Part shown: positions 1-10,548 of the stretch, in pieces
How the letters are laid out: the number at the start of each line of letters is the position of its first letter
How positions within the stretch are numbered: the stretch's first letter is position 1
Source: Terriglobia bacterium
GTDB taxonomy: Bacteria; Acidobacteriota; Terriglobia; 20CM-2-55-15
Length of the DNA stretch: 64,000 nucleotides
Assembly: GCA_963664115.2 (NCBI GenBank)
Contig: CAXWPJ010000009.1
Coordinates: 480,001-544,000, forward strand
Direction: 5' to 3'
Notes under the pieces: generated by a model
Databases searched by the model: none
What the model was told of the DNA's origin: nothing
Seen by the model: only the letters and a program-made list of their open reading frames with translations
Position numbers and translations under genes: made by a program

Positions 1-4
1 TCTC

Positions 5-1105
5 GTGCTGGCAAGCCTCTTCGGGCTGTTTTATCGGAAGCGTGTCTTGATCGTTATCGCGGCTGCCGAAGAGCAGGAACATGATCTCGAACTGTTGTCC
101 GAGATACTCCTCCGTCTGGAGAAAGAAGAATTCCGGTCCCCACGTCTCCGCGAACTTCGATCTTCGCTCGACACCGACGGGCTGGCTCCATCAAGCCAGA
201 TCGCACGTTTCACACGCTTGAGCAGCGTTCATACGATGCGAGGGAGCGAGTTGCCGTTCGCGCTCGTCTTGCTCTTTGTCCTCCAGGGGATTCTGATCCT
301 TCCCTTCTCTTTCTCAATGTGGTCGACGCAATTCGCGTTCGCACTCGAGGCCTGGCGCCGGAGGTGTGGATCGTCAATCCGACACTGGGTCTCAATTGTC
401 GGGGAGTTCGAGGCAATGTGCGCGCTGGCCGGGTTTGCCTACGAGCATCCGGAGGATCCCTTTCCGGACGTTGTGGAAGAGGGGCCGGTATTCGAAGGTG
501 ATGACCTGGGTCATCCGCTCATCGCGCGGACCCGGTCCGTGGCGAATACGGTGCGACTTGGTGTGGAACCTCAATTGCTGGTCGTGAGCGGTTCCAACAT
601 GTCGGGGAAGACCACGCTGCTCCGAACCGTCGGTGTGAACACGGTACTGGCCCTGGCGGGAGCGCCCGTGCGCGCCCGACGTTTGCGGTTGTCACCTTTG
701 GCTGTGGGTGCGGCAATCCAAATACAAGATTCGCTTCAGGCCGGAGCGTCGCAGTTCTATGCGGAGATCCAACGTATCCAACACATCATAGAGCTTACCG
801 GCGGCGGTCTGCCCGTCCTGTTCCTTCTGGACGAACTTCTCCACGGCACCAACTCACACGACCGGGCAATCGGGGCCGAAGCGATCGTGCGCAGCTTGAT
901 GCGGCGTGGAGCCATTGGCCTTGCCACCACTCACGATCTGGCCCTGGCGAAGATTGCCGAAGCGCTACACCCCAGTGCTGCCAACGTCCATTTCGAAGAT
1001 CAACTCAAAGATGGCAGGATGGTCTTTGACTATCGAATGAAACAGGGAGTCGTTCAGCACAGCAATGCCCTGGGCTTGATGAAATCCCTCGGACTGGACG
1101 TTTGA
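5..1105 (+). CDS. MutS-family ATPase (domain V, membrane-associated MutS3-like), 5' truncated by the window edge
   Basis: Walker A GSNMSGKTT, SQFYAEI, LLDELLHGTNS and TTHDL motifs; N-terminal hydrophobic segments. Confidence 0.85.
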   Translation: MLASLFGLFYRKRVLIVIAAAEEQEHDLELLSEILLRLEKEEFRSPRLRELRSSLDTDGLAPSSQIARFTRLSSVHTMRGSELPFALVLLFVLQGILILPFSFSMWSTQFAFALEAWRRRCGSSIRHWVSIVGEFEAMCALAGFAYEHPEDPFPDVVEEGPVFEGDDLGHPLIARTRSVANTVRLGVEPQLLVVSGSNMSGKTTLLRTVGVNTVLALAGAPVRARRLRLSPLAVGAAIQIQDSLQAGASQFYAEIQRIQHIIELTGGGLPVLFLLDELLHGTNSHDRAIGAEAIVRSLMRRGAIGLATTHDLALAKIAEALHPSAANVHFEDQLKDGRMVFDYRMKQGVVQHSNALGLMKSLGLDV

Positions 1106-1129
1106 ACTGCTTATCGGGCTGGATCTAGT

Positions 1130-2976
1130 CCCTGAACAAGCGTGATTGACGAGGAAATGATAGTGCAATAAGAGCGGAAGTACCCGAAATGCCCCCTCTC
1201 CGTGCGAAAAAAACCTTGAACAGATTCTTCGGAAAAGGAGGCATTTCAGATGAACGATTATACGCGCAAGAACATGAGGAACCGCAAGCGGCGAATCGAA
1301 CGTCGGCTTGGGGACCGGCATTGGACGGATCAGGTAGAGCCGATGTTTTCGGCGAGCAACATTCAGTACGAGATGGGAGAGCGGACGCGGGGCACATCGG
1401 TTGGTGGTATCGGGACGATGCAACTGGTGGCGCGGCGGACCGGGCTGATCGAAGCCATCGACAAGGGCGTGCATGTGTTGAAGCGGCACCTGCCGTATCA
1501 CGAGTCGGATCACGTGCTGAACATCGCCTACAACGCCTTGAGCGGAGGAACGTGCCTGGAAGACATCGAACTGCGGCGCAACGATGCGGTGTATCTGGAT
1601 GCGCTGGGAGCGCAACGGATTCCGGATCCGACGACGGCGGGAGACTTCTGCCGGAGATTCGAGGCCGACGACGTGGAGTGTCTGATGGAGGCAACCAATC
1701 AAGTCCGGCTCGGAGTCTGGCGACAGCAACCGGCGGCGTTTTTCGAAGAAGCGGTGTTGGACGCGGACGGGACACTGGCCGAAACCACGGGGGAATGCAA
1801 GCAAGGGATGGACGTGGCCTACGACGGGACGTGGGGATATCACCCGCTGATGATCTCGCTGGCCAACACCGCCGAACCGCTGTATCTGGTCAATCGTAGC
1901 GGCAACCGGCCGTCGCATGAAGGAGCCGCGGTCCGGTTCGACCAAGCCATCGCATTGTGCCGGCATGCGGGGTTTCGCCAGATCCTGCTGCGCGGGGACA
2001 CGGACTTCAGCCAGACCCGGCATCTGGACGGATGGGACGACCAGCAGGTGGGTTTCATATTCGGGATTGACGCGATGGCGAACCTGAAGGCCCGGGCCGA
2101 TGAACTGGAGCCGCGCCAGTGGAAGCGCCTGGAACGGCCCGCGAAATACGACGTGGCGACCGAACCGCGCCAACGTCCCGACAACGTGAAGGAAGAGATC
2201 GTTCGGCAGCGCGGTTTCGACAATATCCGCTTGCAGGGTGAGGATGTGGCCGAGTTTCGGTATCGACCCGGAGCCTGCGATCGGGACTACCGTGTCGTCG
2301 TGGTGCGGAAGAATCTGTCGGTGGCCAAAGGAGAGCAGGTGTTGTTTGACGACATCCGGTACTTCTTCTACATTACCAACCGTTCGGATCCGGCCGACCA
2401 GATTGTGATGCGTGCCAATCAACGGTGCAATCAGGAGAATCTCATTGAGCAGTTGAAGAACGGCGTTCAGGCGTTGCGGATGCCGGTCGGAGATCAGACC
2501 AGCAACTGGGCCTACATGGTGATCGCGTCACTGGCCTGGACACTGAAAGCGTGGTTTGCATTGCTGCTTCCCGAAACCGGACGTTGGGGCCAAAAATATC
2601 AGGCTGAGAAGCAAACCGTGCTGCGCATGGAGTTCAAAACCTTCTTGAACGCTTTCATGCTTGTGCCGTGCCAACTCGTGCGCACCGGGCGGCGCATTCT
2701 GTTCCGGATCCTGGCCTGGAACCGGTGGTTGCCGGTCTTGTTCCGCGGGGTGGATGTGTTGCGTCAGCCTCTGCGATGTTGACCCGATCATGACTCTGAG
2801 CCCGGGCGATCGAGGTCCCGGTTTCTGTCAACCGTCCAACACCAGCGAGGCTGAACTGAAACAGATTCAACAGAAACTCGATACCTGGAACAGGCCATCC
2901 GGGAACGGGATTCTATGCCTCGAATTCTATCGGCGCGAACTGGGCCTCGGCGGACTGGTTATGCGCTTGTTTTGGG
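1130..2976 (+). mobile_element. IS1380-family insertion sequence, copy 1 (1847 bp)
   Basis: Ends CCCTGAACAAGCG...CGCTTGTTTTGGG; CTAG one base outside each end; two further copies in the window. Confidence 0.92.
1250..2782 (+). CDS. IS1380-family DDE transposase
   Basis: 510 aa; LDADGT, GYHPL, LRGDTDF and RCNQENLIEQLK motifs; RBS AAGGAGG. Confidence 0.92.
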   Translation: MNDYTRKNMRNRKRRIERRLGDRHWTDQVEPMFSASNIQYEMGERTRGTSVGGIGTMQLVARRTGLIEAIDKGVHVLKRHLPYHESDHVLNIAYNALSGGTCLEDIELRRNDAVYLDALGAQRIPDPTTAGDFCRRFEADDVECLMEATNQVRLGVWRQQPAAFFEEAVLDADGTLAETTGECKQGMDVAYDGTWGYHPLMISLANTAEPLYLVNRSGNRPSHEGAAVRFDQAIALCRHAGFRQILLRGDTDFSQTRHLDGWDDQQVGFIFGIDAMANLKARADELEPRQWKRLERPAKYDVATEPRQRPDNVKEEIVRQRGFDNIRLQGEDVAEFRYRPGACDRDYRVVVVRKNLSVAKGEQVLFDDIRYFFYITNRSDPADQIVMRANQRCNQENLIEQLKNGVQALRMPVGDQTSNWAYMVIASLAWTLKAWFALLLPETGRWGQKYQAEKQTVLRMEFKTFLNAFMLVPCQLVRTGRRILFRILAWNRWLPVLFRGVDVLRQPLRC

Positions 2977-2977
2977 A

Positions 2978-4549
2978 CTAGGGGAGCCAGAACCAGAATG
3001 CGGCTTGATCGCCTATAGAATGGACAACCTCTATGGCCACTGTTTCGCTCGTGCCGAGTTCGTCCAGCATCCCAATCTCGCTGATACACAGCATGCGGTC
3101 GGATGTGGCCAGCGCAGCGAGTTCTTCCTCCGACAGCGCGGTCTCAACGTGCCTGCCGCGATAGTACTCGAGTCCGTACTCCATCCACGGCCTGGGCCTG
3201 TACAGAACCACGTTCTGGCCCTCGGAAACGAAGCGATTCAGTTCCGTTTCCCAGGGGCGCATCGATTCAACACTCTGGATTCGCGGGAATACCGCGGCCG
3301 TGATTACGAACACCAGGATCGCGATCGTAAGCACATTCAAAGTGCCAAACGCCGGTGGCGGCAACCAGATGCCGATGGCAACCAGAGCCGCTGCCATCAC
3401 GAGTGTCACGGCCAGGATGGCCATTCCGTTGACCTGAATGTCGATGTTTATCTGATCTCCAAAGAAGCCAAAAGCAAGGCCGACTGCGACCCAAAGCGCC
3501 GCCTGAGCGAATGCGGCAATCCGGTAAGACAGCAGGCTGTCGCGCCGGGACACTTCCCGGGCGCACAACAGCGCGAGCGGTGGCACCATGGGAAGGATGT
3601 AGGCGGGCAGCTTTGAGCCGGAAAGCGAAAAGAAGATAAGAGGCGCCAGAGCCCACATCAGAATCAGTTGCTCATTCCGGGCGAAACGGCGCCGCAGCGC
3701 CGGGATCAAGAGAAAGCTCCACGGGAATGTCATCAGCAGAAGCACGGGAAGGTAGAAATAGAAGGGTTGCTCGTGCCCGTACACGTCACTGGTAAAGCGA
3801 CCCAGATTGTGCTCGAGAATAAAGACGTTAATGAATTCCATTCCGTTCGCCATCGTTACGGCCGCATACCATGGACCCGCAACCAGGCCCGTAACAAGGA
3901 TTCCCTCCGGATGCCACTTCTTCCACTCTCCTATTGGTCCCCGCCAGATCAGAAACATCACGAGCGCAAACGCGGGCAGAACGATTGCAACCGGTCCCTT
4001 CGCAAGCACACCTAAGCCCAGCGCGGCATAGAAGGCATAAAAATACCAGCGCCGGGAAACTCCAGAGGATTCATGACCAACGATAAAGAAGGCGAGCGCC
4101 GCCGTCAGTGACGCCGTCAATGGCATATCGGTCGAGGCCGCCCGCGCAAGACCGAAGAAACCGATCGATGTGGCCAGAATCACTGCCCCGCCGAAGCCAA
4201 TGCTTCGGCTAAACACACGCCGACCGGCCCAGTAAACCATGAAGACCGACAGCGTCGCGCCCACCGCCGATGGCAGCCGTGCTCCAGTTTCGCCTATGCC
4301 AAAGATGGCATACCCCAGGGCAGCACCCCAGTACATCAGTACGGGCTTTTCGAACCAGTTCTCACCAAGAAGTCGGGGGGTGATGTAGTCGCCGCTCAAA
4401 TACATCTCGCGCGCTACGGCCGCATATCGAGGCTCATCGGGCCCTAAGAACCCAATTCCACCCAACTCGTGGAAAAAGAGGACGTAACAGAGTCCGGCAA
4501 GTGCAGCGGGGATGAAGTAGTCGAGGTCGTGGTCCAGCTTCGGTCTCAT
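2978..4549 (-). CDS. ArnT-like GT39/GT83 glycosyltransferase (lipid A aminoarabinose transferase-like)
   Basis: PDEPRYA, WFEKP, LAKGPV and SGSKLPAYILP motifs; polytopic membrane protein; stop TAG lies in the IS target CTAG. Confidence 0.88.
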   Translation of the reverse strand: MRPKLDHDLDYFIPAALAGLCYVLFFHELGGIGFLGPDEPRYAAVAREMYLSGDYITPRLLGENWFEKPVLMYWGAALGYAIFGIGETGARLPSAVGATLSVFMVYWAGRRVFSRSIGFGGAVILATSIGFFGLARAASTDMPLTASLTAALAFFIVGHESSGVSRRWYFYAFYAALGLGVLAKGPVAIVLPAFALVMFLIWRGPIGEWKKWHPEGILVTGLVAGPWYAAVTMANGMEFINVFILEHNLGRFTSDVYGHEQPFYFYLPVLLLMTFPWSFLLIPALRRRFARNEQLILMWALAPLIFFSLSGSKLPAYILPMVPPLALLCAREVSRRDSLLSYRIAAFAQAALWVAVGLAFGFFGDQINIDIQVNGMAILAVTLVMAAALVAIGIWLPPPAFGTLNVLTIAILVFVITAAVFPRIQSVESMRPWETELNRFVSEGQNVVLYRPRPWMEYGLEYYRGRHVETALSEEELAALATSDRMLCISEIGMLDELGTSETVAIEVVHSIGDQAAFWFWLP

Positions 4550-4575
4550 CTTAAAAGTATGTGAAAATACCACGG

Positions 4576-5487
4576 ATGCGTGTGGGGGTAAAAGCTCGTA
4601 TACAGTACATCTTAGCGAGAGGCATACTTGGCGTCTTCACTTCGATGTCCCGGGACATGGCCTCGGGAGCGGGTAGAATCGTTGCCCAAATCGGCTACCA
4701 CCTCGCCGGACACCAGCGCAGCACCGCTCTTCACAACCTTCGCATGGCCCTGCCTGAGTTATCCGAAGACGAGCGTCAGCAAATCGTTCGAGGTATTTTC
4801 TCCAACCTCGGCCGGCTCCTTGTCGAGTTCAGCCAATTTCCAAAACTAACGCCAGAAAACGTCTCTGAAAGGGTTGAGTACGAGGGCCTGGATAATTATT
4901 TGGAAGGACTCCGGCGCGGCCGGGGTGTGTTGTTCCTTACAGCTCACGTCGGTGCCTGGGAACTGTCGTCCTTCGCGCACTGTCTCTACGGCTATCCCAT
5001 GAAGTTCCTGACGCGGCCACTGGACAATCCCATGGTGGAGTCACTGATCACCGGCATGCGAACGCTGTCAGGGAACCGTGCCATCGATAGAAACGGCGCG
5101 GCGCGCGAAGTTCTGAAGGCGCTCCGGAACAATGAGACCGTAGGCATCCTCATCGATCAAAACACGATTCAGTCCGAAGGCGTGTTCGCCGATTTCTTCG
5201 GAATTCCAGCGGCCACAACACCCGCTCTGGCAACGTTCGCCATTCGGACCGGAGCCGCAGTCGTCCCCGGCTTCATTCGTTGGGATGGGAAACGAGAACG
5301 CCATGTCCTCTCCTTTGAACCGCCGGTCGAATTGAAACAAACGGGCAATCCCCAGGACGACATCGTCGCCAACACACTCATGTTCAACAATATCCTCGAA
5401 CGCTTCGTCCGGCGGTTCCCGGACCAGTGGTTGTGGATTCACAAGAGATGGAAAACCCGCCCAGAAGGTGAACCCTCCCTTTACTGA
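4576..5487 (+). CDS. Lipid A lauroyl/palmitoleoyl acyltransferase (LpxL/HtrB family)
   Basis: TAHVGAWEL, ILIDQN, FFG and PDQWLWIHKRWK motifs; start may be 4561. Confidence 0.9.
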   Translation: MRVGVKARIQYILARGILGVFTSMSRDMASGAGRIVAQIGYHLAGHQRSTALHNLRMALPELSEDERQQIVRGIFSNLGRLLVEFSQFPKLTPENVSERVEYEGLDNYLEGLRRGRGVLFLTAHVGAWELSSFAHCLYGYPMKFLTRPLDNPMVESLITGMRTLSGNRAIDRNGAAREVLKALRNNETVGILIDQNTIQSEGVFADFFGIPAATTPALATFAIRTGAAVVPGFIRWDGKRERHVLSFEPPVELKQTGNPQDDIVANTLMFNNILERFVRRFPDQWLWIHKRWKTRPEGEPSLY

Positions 5488-5492
5488 AATTT

Positions 5493-5631
5493 CACCGCAA
5501 AGGCGCAAAGACGCAAAGGTCATCAGTCAGAAGGACAATAACTTCTGTCGTTCGACTCGGCGACAAAAAACCGGCCCGTAGCGGGGCCGGCTTTAAGAAA
5601 TCTTATATTTGCGTCTTTGCGCCTTTGCGGT
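5493..5631. repeat. Palindromic octamer-repeat intergenic element (CCGCAAAGGCGCAAAGACGCAAA plus inverted arm)
   Basis: Arms at 5493-5518 and 5608-5631 are reverse complements; related elements recur in the window. Confidence 0.85.
5565..5595. terminator. Probable bidirectional intrinsic terminator
   Basis: AAAAAA-CCGGCCC-gtagcg-GGGCCGG-cTTT between convergent lpxL and htpX. Confidence 0.7.
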
Positions 5632-5639
5632 TGATTCTT

Positions 5640-6494
5640 CTATTCGATCGCGCCGTAGGCCATTTTTTCCAGGCGGGCAACGCGCTCGGCCATCGGGGGG
5701 TGTGTGCTGAAAAGCCTGGCCGTTCCGCCGCCACGGAGCGGGTTCACTATGAACATGTGGGCCGTGGCCGGGGTGGCAGCCATCGGAACACGCTTGGCCT
5801 GAGCTTCCAGTTTCTTCAAGGCACTGGCCAGCCACAGGGGGTTGCCACACATCCGGGCACCGGTCGCGTCAGCCTGATACTCACGGGAACGCGAAATCGC
5901 CATCTGAATGAGCCCAGCCGCGATCGGTGCGATGATCATCATCGCGATCATGCCGACGATGCCGCCACCATTGTTTTGGTCTCGCCGGCCGCCGCCAAAT
6001 ATCATCGCCCACTGGGCCATGGTGGCCAGCATGCCGATCGCACCGGCGATCGTTGCGGCCACGGTGCCGACGAGGATGTCGCGGTTGCGGACGTGCGCCA
6101 GTTCGTGCGCCATGACACCGGCTAACTCTTCCCGACTGAGCAGCTTCAGGACGCCTTCAGTCGCAGCGACCGCTGCATGACTCGGATTACGGCCCGTTGC
6201 AAAGGCGTTTGGAGCCTCTGAAGGGATGACGTAAACCTTCGGCATGGGCATATTCGCCCGCGTCGTCAGATCGCGCACCACGCCATACAGTTCCGGGGCA
6301 TCACTCTCGCTGGCTTCCTTGGCCCGGTACATTTTCAAGACGAGTTTGTCGCTGAACCAATAGGAAAAAGCATTCATCCCGATCGCCATAACGAAGGCGA
6401 TGACCATCCACTGTCGGCCTCCGAAGGCTCCGCCGGCAAGTACGAGCAAGACGGTCAGCCCTGTCATGAGAGCAGCAGTCTTTGCAGCGTTCAT
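5640..6494 (-). CDS. htpX: Zinc metalloprotease HtpX
   Basis: [24 protein letters not shown] and LFSTHP motifs. Confidence 0.95.
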   Translation of the reverse strand: MNAAKTAALMTGLTVLLVLAGGAFGGRQWMVIAFVMAIGMNAFSYWFSDKLVLKMYRAKEASESDAPELYGVVRDLTTRANMPMPKVYVIPSEAPNAFATGRNPSHAAVAATEGVLKLLSREELAGVMAHELAHVRNRDILVGTVAATIAGAIGMLATMAQWAMIFGGGRRDQNNGGGIVGMIAMMIIAPIAAGLIQMAISRSREYQADATGARMCGNPLWLASALKKLEAQAKRVPMAATPATAHMFIVNPLRGGGTARLFSTHPPMAERVARLEKMAYGAIE

Positions 6495-6542
6495 TTTTCT
6501 CCTCCGCGCTTACGAGCGCCTCTCTGTTTGTCTCGGCCGCAT

Positions 6543-6572
6543 TAGTCTTAAGAGTCTTAAGTCTTAACTTTA
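6543..6572. repeat. Short AT-rich tandem repeat (AGTCTTA-like)
   Basis: tAGTCTTAagAGTCTTAAGTCTTAacttt in the intergenic gap; related to 11141-11211. Confidence 0.55.
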
Positions 6573-6578
6573 CCCTTT

Positions 6579-7934
6579 CTATTTGATTCTATGAGTCAAA
6601 AGCTCATTGTCAACTCGCGGGGCACGGACGTCACTCCCCATTGCCCTCTGAAGAAACTCCGCGATATGAACGACCTCGAGATCGAGACCGTGGCGCCGGA
6701 CTCCGTACTGGAGTTGGAACAGGCAACCCGGATTACCTGTAACGATCACGTCCAGATTCGCAGCACGAATGTTCTCCATCTTTCGATCAAGAATTTCCAT
6801 CGACAATTCGGGCTCGGTCAGGTTATAGATACCGGCGCTGCCGCAGCACTCGTCCGCACCTCGGACCTCGATCAGATCCAAACCCGGAATCCCAGAGAGT
6901 AATTCCCGCGGTGCGTCACTGACACCTTGAGCATGAATCAAATGACAGGGATCGTCGTATCCCACACGCAGCTTCAGACGATTCGTCAGCCGCGTCTGAA
7001 TCGAAGTCGACGCTAAGAACGAGGACACATCCATGACCTTTGCGGAAAACTCTTCGGCCCCATCGATCAACAGCGGGTACTCGACCAGCATCGCGCCACA
7101 CCCCGAGGCGTTCACGATGATCGCGTCCACGTCAGGAGAGGAGAACGCAGCGAGGTTCGTTCGGGCCATGTCGGAAGCGGTTTCTCTGAATCCGGCATGG
7201 TTCGCCAAGGCCCCGCAACAGATCTGGTCGGGGGGGACTATCACGTCGTATCCTGCCGCCGTGAGCAAACCGACGGTTGCCCGGTTGACTTCGCCAAGCA
7301 AAGAGTTCATCACGCAACCGGAGAGGAAAGAAACCGTGCCCTCCCGCCGCCCAAGAGCCCTATAGATGTTCCCGGGACGGACACCGTAGGTGAATTCGAC
7401 TTCGGGTGTCATCTCTTCCGCCCCAGCGTATGCAGGCGCGAAACGCTTCAGCAGGCCCGTGGTTCTCAGGATTGGGGACATTCCCGACTTCCGATAGAGT
7501 TGCAACAGGCGGGCCGCGATATGAAACCGACCCGGGTACGGGAAGACATGCTTGAGTACGAGTCTGGAAACGAGGTTAGGGACACGCTCTCTCGCGATCT
7601 GCCCTCGCATCTCCTCCATCATGTTTCCGAAACGGACTCCAGAAGGGCATGCCGTTTCGCAGGCTCGACAGTCCAGACAGCTGGACATGTGTCGCACGAA
7701 GCTGTCGGTAATCGTCGTCCGGCCCTCCGCAAAGGCACGCATCAGGTAGATGCGGCCCCTGGGAGAATCCATTTCCGTCCCGAGCACGCGATAGGTCGGG
7801 CACGACGACAGGCACAATCCACAATGAATACAATCGAGATAACCGGCGTTTGCGTCGATACTCGAAACGCCATCACTCCCGGCCTTGTCAACCGTCTTGT
7901 CATCAATAGCGCCGTGACCGGTAACCGCGCTCAT
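6579..7934 (-). CDS. glcF: Glycolate oxidase iron-sulfur subunit
   Basis: CIHCGLCLSSCP and CLDCRACETACP 4Fe-4S motifs; two CCG domains. Confidence 0.88.
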   Translation of the reverse strand: MSAVTGHGAIDDKTVDKAGSDGVSSIDANAGYLDCIHCGLCLSSCPTYRVLGTEMDSPRGRIYLMRAFAEGRTTITDSFVRHMSSCLDCRACETACPSGVRFGNMMEEMRGQIARERVPNLVSRLVLKHVFPYPGRFHIAARLLQLYRKSGMSPILRTTGLLKRFAPAYAGAEEMTPEVEFTYGVRPGNIYRALGRREGTVSFLSGCVMNSLLGEVNRATVGLLTAAGYDVIVPPDQICCGALANHAGFRETASDMARTNLAAFSSPDVDAIIVNASGCGAMLVEYPLLIDGAEEFSAKVMDVSSFLASTSIQTRLTNRLKLRVGYDDPCHLIHAQGVSDAPRELLSGIPGLDLIEVRGADECCGSAGIYNLTEPELSMEILDRKMENIRAANLDVIVTGNPGCLFQLQYGVRRHGLDLEVVHIAEFLQRAMGSDVRAPRVDNELLTHRIK

Positions 7935-9046
7935 TGGGGGTTTTCTCCGTCGACGTGCCGCCCCGGATTGAGACGGTGGTCGGGATCGAAGGCATTCTTG
8001 ATTTCAACCATCAACCGGTGTTCAGCCCCACGGATGCCAAAGGCAGGTATTTGACGTCTCACTTCAAGCGGCGCCCGTTCGATGACGACTGGGTATTCCT
8101 GTCTCAATGCGGCGATCTGGTCCGGCGGAAGACGCATCAGAACAATTCCGCGAGCCGGGTGTGCCAACCAGGGTGCCGGTTCGAAGCGCTTCAATACATC
8201 ACCCACAGCTGAGGGTGAAACGGCGACTCGAACGACAAGGTCTCCGAGACGTTCATAGAAATCGCGAACGGATTCCCATGCTGCGGGTTCCCCGTCCGGG
8301 TCGAATCGTTCCCAATCACCGCCGGGCAAATGCTCCAGCTGCCATTGGACCGCTGCGGCTGTATCTCCAAACCGGATATAGAGCGCATTCTCGGGTCCGA
8401 GCCAGACGAAGGAAATGGGATTGAGCGGACCGGTACGAATGCGCCGAACCATCGCGGAAGCATCCGCCAGAGTCGATACCGGAAGTCGTGCGGTCGCCGT
8501 CGTCTGATAGCGGGGGCTCACCTTGAAACTGACTTCAGAAATAACGGCCAACGATCCCAGAGAGCCCGTGTATAGCTTTGCCAGATCGTATCCGGAGACG
8601 TTCTTGACAACGCGGCCTCCCGTACGCGATATCCGTCCGATCGAATCCACCACCGTCATCCCGATGATCCAATCGCGCACGGTCCCGACTGTGCGGAGGG
8701 GTCCCTGTGCGTTGGTCGCGACGATGCCGCCGATCGTCCGGTTCCGCCCGTTCCACGGATCCAACGGAAGCATTTGATCGTGCCGGGCCAGCGCATCCTG
8801 CAGCTCACCGAGTCGTATTCCGGCCTCCACATGAACGGTCAGATCGGCTGGAACATACTCAGTGATTCGATTCAGCCGGCGGGTGTCCACAACGGAATCG
8901 ATAGCGCCGAGCGGGTTGCCGACCGAAAGCGCGCTGCCGGATCCGACCGGCGCAATGGTCCTCGACGCTTTCGCCATGGCATCCGCTAACTCTTCGATCG
9001 AAGCCGGGGCCAGTACAGAGTCCACCGTTAGGGAATCGACGATCAA
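7931..9046 (-). CDS. glcE: Glycolate oxidase FAD-binding subunit
   Basis: GGRVVKNVSGYDLAKLYTGSLGSL and FDPDHRLNPG motifs; overlaps glcD and glcF. Confidence 0.85.
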   Translation of the reverse strand: MIVDSLTVDSVLAPASIEELADAMAKASRTIAPVGSGSALSVGNPLGAIDSVVDTRRLNRITEYVPADLTVHVEAGIRLGELQDALARHDQMLPLDPWNGRNRTIGGIVATNAQGPLRTVGTVRDWIIGMTVVDSIGRISRTGGRVVKNVSGYDLAKLYTGSLGSLAVISEVSFKVSPRYQTTATARLPVSTLADASAMVRRIRTGPLNPISFVWLGPENALYIRFGDTAAAVQWQLEHLPGGDWERFDPDGEPAAWESVRDFYERLGDLVVRVAVSPSAVGDVLKRFEPAPWLAHPARGIVLMRLPPDQIAALRQEYPVVIERAPLEVRRQIPAFGIRGAEHRLMVEIKNAFDPDHRLNPGRHVDGENPQ

Positions 9047-10515
9047 TTCTCCTCCGAACCGAAAACAAAACGCTCGAGGCGGCGCGCCGCCTCGGCCGTA
9101 GTCGTCACACCCGGACCGACTTCAGTACAGCCTCCACGACTCGGAAAAATCTTCCCGGGATTGAGCAGATTTCGAGGATTGAAAACATTCCGCGTGCGGC
9201 GCATCACATCCAGATCTGCGTCGTTGAAGATCATGCACATGAATTCCTTTTTCTCGGCACCAATGCCATGTTCCCCACTCAATGCTCCGCCCACGCCGAC
9301 GCAGACGTCCATGATCGCTTCCCCCATGGCGTGAATGCGGTCGACCTGGTCTTTGTCCCGGCTGTCGAAAAGAATTAACGGATGCAGATTCCCGTCACCA
9401 GCGTGGAAGACGTTTGCGACCTTCAGATCAAACTGTTCGGAAATCTCTTCTATCCTCGAAAGCACTTCGGGAAGCCGTGTCCGTGGTATGACGGCGTCCA
9501 TAACGATCATGTCCGGACTGATCCGGCCCATGGCGCCGAACGCCCCCTTGCGGCCCAGCCACAATCGATCACGCTGTTTATCATCCTGGGCCACTTGAAT
9601 TTCGTAGGAATTGTTTCGCTCACAGATCCGAACAATATCGGTGGTGGTATCTTCGATTGACACCTCGAAACCATCGACTTCGATCAGTAGACTGGCGGCG
9701 GCATCGAGGGGGTATCCTGCCTTAAAGACGGACGCTTCCACCGCCTCTGTGGCTCTTTGGTCCACAAATTCCAAGGCCGCCGGTACGATTCCAGCGGCCA
9801 CGATATCCGAAACCGTCTGGCTGCACGCCTCAACGCTGCGAAACGCAGCCAATAGGGTCTTCACGGATTGCGGTATCCGGAGCAAACGCACTGTGACCTC
9901 AGTCACGATCGCAAAGGTGCCTTCCGAACCCACAAGCACGCCGACCATATCGTAGCCAATGGGCTCTCCGACCGGATTCCCGAATCGGGCAATGCTTCCA
10001 TCCGCGAGGACGGCCTCGACCGCAAGGACATGGTTTGTCGTCATGCCGTACTTCAGGCAGTGCGGTCCCCCCGCATTCTCAGCAACGTTGCCACCGATAC
10101 TGCAGGCCATCTGGCTTGAGGGGTCGGGGGCGTAATACAAGCCATGCGCCCGAACGGCCCGGCTTACATCGAGGTTGACGACTCCGGGCTGCAGGACGGC
10201 AATCTGGTTTTCGGAATCAATCGAAAGAATGTGGTTCATTCTTTGCAACTCGATGATGATTCCGCCTTCAGCCGCCATCGCGCCGCCGCTCAAGCCCGTT
10301 CCCGCACCCCGGGGCAAGAAGGGCACGTCAAATTCATTGGCCAAGAGAACGATGGCCGACACTTGCTCCGTAGTCGTCGGAAATACGACGGCGTCGGGCC
10401 TGTGTTTGAACAGGGTGAGTGCGTCGCACTCGTATACCAGTAGTTCCGTCTCGTCGGCGGTTGCGCCGGCCTCACCAACGATCGCTTTCAACCGGTCGAT
10501 GATTTCCTGTTTCAT
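9043..10515 (-). CDS. glcD: Glycolate oxidase subunit GlcD
   Basis: PRGAGTGLSGG, YAPDPSSQ, HAGDGNLHP and GEHGIG motifs. Confidence 0.9.
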   Translation of the reverse strand: MKQEIIDRLKAIVGEAGATADETELLVYECDALTLFKHRPDAVVFPTTTEQVSAIVLLANEFDVPFLPRGAGTGLSGGAMAAEGGIIIELQRMNHILSIDSENQIAVLQPGVVNLDVSRAVRAHGLYYAPDPSSQMACSIGGNVAENAGGPHCLKYGMTTNHVLAVEAVLADGSIARFGNPVGEPIGYDMVGVLVGSEGTFAIVTEVTVRLLRIPQSVKTLLAAFRSVEACSQTVSDIVAAGIVPAALEFVDQRATEAVEASVFKAGYPLDAAASLLIEVDGFEVSIEDTTTDIVRICERNNSYEIQVAQDDKQRDRLWLGRKGAFGAMGRISPDMIVMDAVIPRTRLPEVLSRIEEISEQFDLKVANVFHAGDGNLHPLILFDSRDKDQVDRIHAMGEAIMDVCVGVGGALSGEHGIGAEKKEFMCMIFNDADLDVMRRTRNVFNPRNLLNPGKIFPSRGGCTEVGPGVTTTAEAARRLERFVFGSEEN

Positions 10516-10548
10516 GCCGACTCGTAGATCGATGACAAACGGCTGAAC

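Noticed and set aside
965-2422. Long antisense ORFs over the IS1380 transposases (also 40874-42217 and 60697-61989)
   Set aside because: Shadow frames of a GC-rich gene; their ends differ between copies
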